From: Candidatus Kapaibacterium sp.
GTDB lineage: Bacteria > Bacteroidota > Ignavibacteria > Kapaibacteriales > UBA2268
Assembly (NCBI GenBank): GCA_027858275.1
Contig: JAQIDA010000079.1
Span: forward strand, 1 to 42,009
Length of the DNA: 42,009 nt
Direction of reading: 5' to 3'
The notes below the pieces were generated by a model. That model worked only from the letters and a program-made list of their open reading frames with translations, searched no databases and had not been told where the DNA came from. Numbering within the stretch: the first letter of the stretch is position 1; every line of letters starts with the position of its first letter. Of the stretch, positions 36,126-42,009 are shown piece by piece. A program made the position numbers and the translations under genes.

Positions 36126-38285
36126 TTAATCTTCTTTCAACACTTCTTTCAACTCAATCTTGCGTCTGTCCATGTTGACATGATGAATTTTGACTGTTAC
36201 TCTGTCGCCGAAGTTAAATATCCGTTTATTTCTTCTACCGCGGAGTCTGAAGTATTTTTCGTCAAAAATATAATAATCATCCGATATATCTTTGATGTGC
36301 AAGAGACCTTCGACGTGTATTTCATCCATTGTTATAAAGAGTCCGAAATCTGTTACTCCTGAGACCGTTCCCTCGAAAACTTTGCCTAGATAGGCATTGG
36401 CGAGAACTGTCTGAGCTATACGAATCGAAGTCCTTTCCGCCTGCATTGAAACGCGTTCGCGATCTGTGCAATGTGCGGCAGATTCTTCTAATTGAAGACT
36501 CAGAACTCGGATTTTCTTTGCCGGTGGAATGTCTTTGGCATATTGCTTTAACATTCTGTGAACCAACAAATCAGGATATCTTCTGATTGGCGAAGTGAAA
36601 TGCGAATAATCTTTAAAACCGAGTCCGTAATGACCGATATTGGTTGCGGAATATTCAGCTTTTGACATAGTCCTGAGTAATAATTGATTAACAGCTGATT
36701 TAATCGGACTGTCTTTGAAAGCTCGGAGCATTTCATTAATCGATTTAGACGATTTGCCTTTTAGCCTGATTTTGGGCTCAAAAACACGTATGAACTCAAA
36801 CACTTCCGCCAATTTATCCGCTTGAGGATCATCATGTACACGATAGACAAAAGGCAAAGGCGGATATATGTTCTTGCTTTTTGATATATTTTTAATATGC
36901 TCGGCGACAGTTTTATTGGCTGCTAACATGCACTCTTCAACCAATTTGTTGGAATCTTTAGATTCTCTCAGCTGAGCTTCAACGGGTTTATTGTCCTCAT
37001 CCAAAATGAACTTAACTTCAGTTGTATTAAAATCCACTCCGCCTTTTTTGAATCGTTGTTTCCTCAACATTTTAGTTAATTCATACAATCCGTTCAGCAA
37101 TTTCGAAAATTTGTTCTTTTTCCCTTCGAGAATTTCCTGAACTTCTCTGTAGGTGAATCGCTTTTTGCTCTTAATTATTGATTCTTCGATTGAGTAATCA
37201 ACTAATTCGCCCTCACGATCAATTTCCATAAATACAGTAAAAGTAAGACGCAATCTGTTGGGTTTTAGAGAACAGAGTTCATTGGACAATTTTTCGGGTA
37301 ACATCGGCAGAACACGATCCACAAGATAAGTGCTGTTGCCGCGCAACAAAGCCTCTTTGTCCAATGCGGATTTAGGAGTTACAAACGCGCTGACGTCAGC
37401 AATATGTACGCCGAGATAGTAATTTCCGTTTTCAAGAATTTTTAGTGAAAGCGCATCGTCAAAATCTCTTGCGTCATCAGGATCGATCGTTACAATATCT
37501 TCTTTTCGGAGATCTGTTCTGTGCTTCAACAAATCTTTAACGTCGGGCATTTCAATCTTTTTAGCTTCGGCATTAACATCGGACGGAAAATCAACAGCCA
37601 ATCCAAACTCTTCGATAACACTTTCAAATTCTTCCGTAAGATCGTCAGCTTTGGAAACGACTTCTATAATTTCAGCATGGGGGCTTTTTTGAGGATCATC
37701 CCAAAAGAGAATTTTTGCGACAACCTTATCGCCGTTCTCTGCGCCCATCAGCTTCTTAGGATGGATCAGAAAATCAACATAATAGTTTTTGTCATCCGGT
37801 ATAAAGAATATATAATCACCGTCTAAATCAATCACTCCTTTTAGCTCGGCATGATTGCGATGAAGGATTTCGTCTACTGCGCCTTTTTTCTTGCTACTCT
37901 TATTTTTGCTGATAATCTCAACTTTGACGCTGTCGCCCGGCAAACCGGTGTTAAGATATCTTTGTTTGATACTGATTTTAGTGTCAGGGAATCTCTCAGA
38001 AAGCACATATCCGTTAGAGTTATGAAAGAGTAACTCGCCGACAATGGAGTTATCCGTTTCGGGATATTCCATTATATAGCGTCTTCTGCTCGATTTTGAC
38101 ATCTGCTTTGATTGCACCATTTCATTCAATACTTCTTTGAGTAAATCAAACTCAGGCGAATCCGAACGAATGTTCAAGTTTTTCGCAATGACATTCAGTT
38201 GCATTGCATCATGCATGCCTATATACATCTTGATGATTTGTTTTTTTAAATCTTCTTTTGCGGGAAAAGTCATAATATTTTTCAA
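36126..38285 (-). CDS. rnr: Ribonuclease R
   Basis: 719 aa. It has an N-terminal HTH/cold-shock-like region, an RNB catalytic domain (TIDPDDARDFDDALS, YLVDRVLPMLPE, FTSPIRRYPDLLVHR) and a C-terminal S1 domain (FEGTVSGVTDFGLFITM..EGLLHI). Confidence 0.93.
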   Translation of the reverse strand: MKNIMTFPAKEDLKKQIIKMYIGMHDAMQLNVIAKNLNIRSDSPEFDLLKEVLNEMVQSKQMSKSSRRRYIMEYPETDNSIVGELLFHNSNGYVLSERFPDTKISIKQRYLNTGLPGDSVKVEIISKNKSSKKKGAVDEILHRNHAELKGVIDLDGDYIFFIPDDKNYYVDFLIHPKKLMGAENGDKVVAKILFWDDPQKSPHAEIIEVVSKADDLTEEFESVIEEFGLAVDFPSDVNAEAKKIEMPDVKDLLKHRTDLRKEDIVTIDPDDARDFDDALSLKILENGNYYLGVHIADVSAFVTPKSALDKEALLRGNSTYLVDRVLPMLPEKLSNELCSLKPNRLRLTFTVFMEIDREGELVDYSIEESIIKSKKRFTYREVQEILEGKKNKFSKLLNGLYELTKMLRKQRFKKGGVDFNTTEVKFILDEDNKPVEAQLRESKDSNKLVEECMLAANKTVAEHIKNISKSKNIYPPLPFVYRVHDDPQADKLAEVFEFIRVFEPKIRLKGKSSKSINEMLRAFKDSPIKSAVNQLLLRTMSKAEYSATNIGHYGLGFKDYSHFTSPIRRYPDLLVHRMLKQYAKDIPPAKKIRVLSLQLEESAAHCTDRERVSMQAERTSIRIAQTVLANAYLGKVFEGTVSGVTDFGLFITMDEIHVEGLLHIKDISDDYYIFDEKYFRLRGRRNKRIFNFGDRVTVKIHHVNMDRRKIELKEVLKED

Positions 38286-38402
38286 TAATAGTTAAAAATA
38301 GATCATTCGTACTTTTGACAAATGATAACAAATATACAACAATTTTTCAATCATAGATTAGTATGTTTTTGATTTGATTATGATTTGCGGAAAAGCTAAA
38401 CA

Positions 38403-38437
38403 AATGAAAAAGCCGGAATAATCTTAAGATTATTCCG
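38403..38437 (-). terminator. Rho-independent terminator of tRNA-Ser
   Basis: Perfect palindrome CGGAATAATCTT/AAGATTATTCCG (38414-38437) immediately 3' of the tRNA. On the reverse strand it is followed by GCTTTTTC. Confidence 0.75.
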
Positions 38438-38444
38438 ACTGTCG

Positions 38445-38529
38445 CAGAAAGACAGGGATTCGAACCCTGGGTACCTTGCGGTACACACGCTTTCCAGGCG
38501 TGCCAGTTAAACCACTCCTGCACCTTTCT
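38445..38529 (-). tRNA. tRNA-Ser (anticodon GGA), type II with long variable arm; CCA not encoded
   Basis: Reverse strand: AGAAAGG TG ..AGTGGTTTAA.. CACGC-CTGGAAA-GCGTG (anticodon loop, GGA), GTACC-GCAA-GGTAC (variable arm), CAGGG-TTCGAAT-CCCTG (T arm), TCTTTCT G (acceptor 3' strand + discriminator). Confidence 0.9.
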
Positions 38530-38639
38530 TTATTCAAGAAACACAATTTATGAGTTATTGCTGTAACATACAAGAAAAATAATATGATGACAATTGCTGC
38601 GACACAAATCTTTCAGTCGCCGAATTGATTTTTTTTGAT

Positions 38640-38647
38640 TAATTTTG
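38640..38647 (+). promoter_or_regulatory. Candidate Bacteroidota-type -7 promoter element (TAnnTTTG) for the LD-carboxypeptidase gene
   Basis: Exact TAATTTTG 40 nt upstream of ATG 38687. Motif match only. Confidence 0.25.
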
Positions 38648-38686
38648 GTCTCGAATGATTTTTTAATAATTGCTAATGTATATCCT

Positions 38687-39751
38687 ATGGATTTATCTCG
38701 CAGACAATTTTTGTCTCTTGCCGCGGCAGGATTCGTTTTCGGAAAGACAGCTTTAAAAGCTGCTGAGTTCGATTTGCAAGATGAATTATTCATGCCGAAA
38801 GATTCCGGGAAGAACCTCCCAATTTTCCCGCCCGCTTTAAACGCGAATGATACTATAGCCCTTACAGCACCTGCCAGTCATACAAGTATATGGGAAACCC
38901 GACAATGTGTTCGCCATTTTCGTAAGCTCGGCTACAATGTAGAAATTGGAAAAACGATTACTAACAGACAAAAACAATATACATACCTCTCTGCTTCTGA
39001 CGATGAGCGGGCTGCGGAATTCATGCACTATATTCAGCGCAAGGATGTGAAGTTTATTCTCAGTGGACGAGGCGGTTACGGTGTGATGCGTATTCTGGAT
39101 AAATTAGACTTTGATATAATTAAACAAAATCCAAAGATTATCATTGGTTACAGTGATATTACAGCTCTGCTAAACGCGATCTATCAGAAAACCGGAATTA
39201 TTACTTTCCACGGCCCGGTGGGAGTCTCAACTTTCAATAACTTTAGCACGGGTTATTTGAATAAAGTGATAAAAAAAACAGATAACTTTTCTCCTATTAC
39301 ATTTGCTCCTAAGAACGCCAAAACAATTGTAGGCGGCACAGCGGAAGGACGTCTTGTCGGCGGAAACTTAACTTTGATTGCTTCAACAATAGGCACAGAC
39401 TTCCAAGTGGATTGCGATGACAAGATACTATTCTTTGAAGAAGTCTCAGAAGAGCCTTATAAATTTGACAAAATGCTTACACAAATGTATCTCGCAGGAA
39501 TGTTTGAACATTGTCGAGGCGTAGCAATTGGATATATTAAAAATCTAAACCGTGCGCACAACTTCTTCCCCGGCCATTCATTTACTGTGAAGCAAGTACT
39601 GGAAAGACGTTTTAAAAGCTTAAACATCCCCACTATTGTCGGATTCTCATTCGGACATCTAAAAAACAATATCACCATCCCTATTGGTGTCAATGCAAAA
39701 CTCGATGCAGACAAGAAAATTTTAACTCTGCTCGAATCTGCAGTCGTTTAA
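38687..39751 (+). CDS. LD-carboxypeptidase (peptidase S66, LdcA-like) with twin-arginine signal peptide
   Basis: MDLSRRQFLSLAAAGFVFGKTALKA is a Tat-type signal. S66 landmarks are GDTIALTAPAS, ILSGRGGYG, IIGYSDITALLNA (Ser nucleophile), GGNLTLI, FEEVSEEPY (Glu) and GFSFGHL (His). The start was set at ATG 38687 rather than the track start at 38645. Confidence 0.85.
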   Translation: MDLSRRQFLSLAAAGFVFGKTALKAAEFDLQDELFMPKDSGKNLPIFPPALNANDTIALTAPASHTSIWETRQCVRHFRKLGYNVEIGKTITNRQKQYTYLSASDDERAAEFMHYIQRKDVKFILSGRGGYGVMRILDKLDFDIIKQNPKIIIGYSDITALLNAIYQKTGIITFHGPVGVSTFNNFSTGYLNKVIKKTDNFSPITFAPKNAKTIVGGTAEGRLVGGNLTLIASTIGTDFQVDCDDKILFFEEVSEEPYKFDKMLTQMYLAGMFEHCRGVAIGYIKNLNRAHNFFPGHSFTVKQVLERRFKSLNIPTIVGFSFGHLKNNITIPIGVNAKLDADKKILTLLESAVV

Positions 39752-39773
39752 TCTAATTTCGAGATTTCATTAT

Positions 39774-39810
39774 CTATGATTGTTTTATTTTTAGCAACAA
39801 TCATAGTTTT
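39774..39810 (+). terminator. Rho-independent terminator after the LD-carboxypeptidase gene
   Basis: 11-bp perfect stem CTATGATTGTT / AACAATCATAG with an 11-nt loop, followed by TTTTAATT. It lies 22 nt after the stop. Confidence 0.7.
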
Positions 39811-39886
39811 AATTAATCGAAATTATCCTTATTTTGGCTTATAGAATAATTGAAACAATCTTAGATTCACTAAAAAAGAGAATATT

Positions 39887-40711
39887 ATGCAAGAAGAGAT
39901 ACTCAAACTTTATGAGAACAACTCATCACTTTCAGAAAAAGAAATTCAGGAATTGTTGCACGATTTTACTTTGGGCTTAAATAAGGGCGACATCCGCTCT
40001 GCTGAGCCTGACGGCAATGGTGGATGGCAGGTTAATACATGGGTAAAAAAAGGCATTTTGCTGATGTTCAAACACAGCACAATGACTGATATGACTGACG
40101 GCAAAGCTCAATTTTTTGACAAATCAACACTGCCGGTTCATCCGTTTTCAATTGAAGATAATATCAGAATAGTGCCGGGCGGATCATCTGTCAGAACCGG
40201 TTGCTATGTCGCTCCCGGAGTAATCTGCATGCCGCCGATGTACATTAATATCGGCTCTTATACTGATGAAGGAACTATGATTGATTCTCATGCTCTGGTC
40301 GGTACTTGTGCTCAACTCGGCAAACGGATTCACTTAAGCGCAGCCTCTCAAATTGGCGGTGTTCTGGAGCCTATGGGAGCTCGTCCCGTTATTGTCGAAG
40401 ACGACGTTATGATCGGCGGAAACTGCGGGGTTTACGAAGGGACTATGATTCGTAAAAGAGCTGTTCTCGGTTCGGGAGTAATTCTAACGGCCTCAACAAA
40501 AGTCTTTGATTTGGTGAATGAAAGAGTGCTGAAAGCCACACAGGACAATCCACTTGAAATTCCTGAAAACGCTGTTGTTGTGCCGGGTTCACGCAAACTG
40601 AGCACTGACTTTGGTATTGCTAACGGACTGTCTATCGCAAGTCCGCTTATCATCAAATACAGGGATGATAAGACAGACGCCCGAACGGCACTCGAAGATA
40701 CTTTAAGATAA
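39887..40711 (+). CDS. dapD: 2,3,4,5-tetrahydropyridine-2,6-dicarboxylate N-succinyltransferase
   Basis: 274 aa. The N-terminal helical domain has [13 protein letters not shown]. The left-handed beta-helix has hexapeptide repeats ([23 protein letters not shown].., [21 protein letters not shown]..). Confidence 0.88.
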   Translation: MQEEILKLYENNSSLSEKEIQELLHDFTLGLNKGDIRSAEPDGNGGWQVNTWVKKGILLMFKHSTMTDMTDGKAQFFDKSTLPVHPFSIEDNIRIVPGGSSVRTGCYVAPGVICMPPMYINIGSYTDEGTMIDSHALVGTCAQLGKRIHLSAASQIGGVLEPMGARPVIVEDDVMIGGNCGVYEGTMIRKRAVLGSGVILTASTKVFDLVNERVLKATQDNPLEIPENAVVVPGSRKLSTDFGIANGLSIASPLIIKYRDDKTDARTALEDTLR

Positions 40712-40734
40712 TTATTCATCAAAAGAAATTAAAA

Positions 40735-40989
40735 ATGAGCGAAGATATTGTAATCAAAAATATACGAAAATCAAAGCTGTTTATAGCTGTTGCAAACATC
40801 CTGACAAGCATCTGCTTTTGGCTTGTATACTCTATTACAGATGAAACTCTGTATGCAGTTGTCAGCTCTATACTCTTCCTAAGTTCAGTTATCTTCGTAA
40901 TTATTTTTTCAAGAATTGAAACCAACTACAGACTAAAACTAATTAAATTGGAAGAGAAAAAGAACGAGCAAATCAGGGAGGAATCATGA
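40735..40989 (+). CDS. Small hypothetical membrane protein (two predicted TM helices, charged C-terminal tail)
   Basis: 84 aa. Hydrophobic segments are LFIAVANILTSICFWLVYSI and LYAVVSSILFLSSVIFVIIFS, with tail KLIKLEEKKNEQIREES. Its stop overlaps the next ATG (ATGA at 40986-40989). Support is ORF plus coupling only. Confidence 0.45.
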   Translation: MSEDIVIKNIRKSKLFIAVANILTSICFWLVYSITDETLYAVVSSILFLSSVIFVIIFSRIETNYRLKLIKLEEKKNEQIREES

Positions 40990-42009
40990 ATCTCGAACAA
41001 CCAATTTTTGCACTTAGAAAAGATTTATTGTTTTCGCCGGTTGAAGAAGACGGTCAGAAATTCATGGTTTTGAGTGACCCAAACGGTTACGCCAAACAAG
41101 CGATTTCCTTCCCTGAGCAAATGGTTTCAGTTTTCCTGCTGCTCGACGGCAAAGTTAGTCTGAAAGATCTCGGTAAAATGTTAATTACCGAATCCGGAGA
41201 GGATTACGACACGACTCCTCTTGTAAATTTGTTTGAATTTCTTGATTACGCAGGCTACATGGAAAGCCCGCGTTATTTTGAGTTAAAAGAAGACATTGAT
41301 TCATATCTAAAATCTCCTGTACGCCCTCCGATTTGCGCGCCCGGTTCATATTCTGATAATCGTGAATTACTTGTGGATGAAATATCCAGAATTATGAACA
41401 GCGTAGACTCTGATACTATAGAAAATAAATCAAGCGTAATTATCTCGCCGCATCTGGATTATCGCACAGGCAAAGAGACTCATGAGGTCTATGCCTCCGC
41501 ATATCATTCTCTGGATATAGAGGACGTTGACACGGTTGTTATACTCGGAACATCACATTTTGTCGACAACGGGCTTTTTATGCTGTCTGAGAAGGATTTT
41601 GAAACTCCCTTGGCTGTTGCTGAAACTGACCGTGAACTGATAAGGAAAATTACTGAGCTGTCTGATAAAGAACTTATCATTGATGAAATCGCTCATCGAT
41701 CAGAACATTCCGTCGAACTTCAGCTTCTGCCGATACAGTATTTGATGAAAGATCGAGATTTTAAAATACTTCCCATCCTGACAGGATCTTTCTACAAGTA
41801 TGTTGTTGACGGCACTCAACCGAAAGATGACCCGGAGTTTTCCGGTTTTATTGTTGCATTGACAAAAGCATTGGAGTCGCTTAACCGCAAAGCGATATTT
41901 ATTGCCGCTGCGGATTTCGCGCATATAGGCAGAAAATTCGAGGATCCTTTTGACGCTGAGCCGGAACTTGATAAACTGAATGCAAATTCCGGAACACCCT
42001 CCCCACCTC
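40986..42009 (+). CDS. Memo-family protein (AmmeMemoRadiSam system protein B-like) with N-terminal extension; 3' end beyond window
   Basis: Absent from the ORF track (runs off the edge). Hand translation from ATG 40986 is open to nt 42009. Memo core motifs from aa ~112: VRPPICAPGSY, VIISPHLDYRTG, VVILGTSHF, AHRSEHSVELQLLPIQY, FIAAADFAHIG. Confidence 0.85.
   Translation, partial: MNLEQPIFALRKDLLFSPVEEDGQKFMVLSDPNGYAKQAISFPEQMVSVFLLLDGKVSLKDLGKMLITESGEDYDTTPLVNLFEFLDYAGYMESPRYFELKEDIDSYLKSPVRPPICAPGSYSDNRELLVDEISRIMNSVDSDTIENKSSVIISPHLDYRTGKETHEVYASAYHSLDIEDVDTVVILGTSHFVDNGLFMLSEKDFETPLAVAETDRELIRKITELSDKELIIDEIAHRSEHSVELQLLPIQYLMKDRDFKILPILTGSFYKYVVDGTQPKDDPEFSGFIVALTKALESLNRKAIFIAAADFAHIGRKFEDPFDAEPELDKLNANSGTPSPP

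Noticed and set aside
38286-38686. tRNA-Ser as a possible integration hotspot or genomic island boundary.
   Set aside because: There is no integrase and no direct repeat of the tRNA 3' end nearby. Housekeeping genes (rnr, LD-carboxypeptidase) lie on both sides.
1-42009. CRISPR arrays, transposases/IS ends, toxin-antitoxin pairs, restriction-modification or other defence modules.
   Set aside because: No regularly spaced direct repeats and no transposase/integrase-like ORFs were seen. The only nuclease (AddB-like) has a repair-type architecture, and the only radical SAM protein is an aminomutase type.
41985-42009. Abrupt GC-rich tail (..CCGGAACACCCTCCCCACCTC) at the very end of the window, atypical for the locus and for the Memo alignment.
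   Set aside because: Only about 20 nt are available. It could be a contig-end or assembly artefact or real sequence, and cannot be interpreted.

Overview
AT-rich 42 kb chromosomal segment. Two proteins carry type IX secretion (T9SS) C-terminal sorting domains, which points to an FCB-group bacterium (Bacteroidota/Ignavibacteriota-like). This taxonomic call is inference only. About 33 protein genes and one tRNA-Ser(GGA) are supported. Two edge-truncated ORFs are missing from the ORF track and were translated by hand: complement 1..945 and 40986..>42009.

Layout:
(i) 1-10.7 kb is an accessory-looking block. It holds secreted/T9SS cargo proteins, a decayed segmental duplication, a histidine kinase + single-domain response regulator, and an ECF sigma / anti-sigma / lipoprotein module.
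(ii) 11-27 kb is mostly housekeeping: TonB-dependent receptor, dprA, polyprenyl synthase, AddB-like nuclease, long KamA-family radical SAM protein, queA, secA, agmatinase.
(iii) 27-34.7 kb is one minus-strand polysaccharide locus: Wza-like, Wzi-like, membrane GT2, WbaP-like priming transferase, DPM1-like GT2, SanA.
(iv) 34.9-42 kb is housekeeping again: guaD, ribE, rnr, tRNA-Ser, LD-carboxypeptidase, dapD. It ends with a small membrane ORF coupled to a Memo-family gene.

I saw no CRISPR array, transposase, integrase, phage module or recognisable defence system, and no convincing complete novel system. The best second-look candidates are:
- a Memo enzyme with a PqqD/RRE-like N-terminal extension, cut by the window end;
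- an anti-sigma factor whose C-terminus looks like an outer-membrane beta-barrel;
- a 730-aa KamA-family aminomutase-like protein with a long N-terminal extension;
- four copies of a TCATC-N-GATGA palindrome between secA and queA;
- a reciprocally decayed two-gene duplication;
- a polysaccharide locus with no Wzx/Wzy/Wzc.

All family assignments come from motif recognition by eye. No searches were run.
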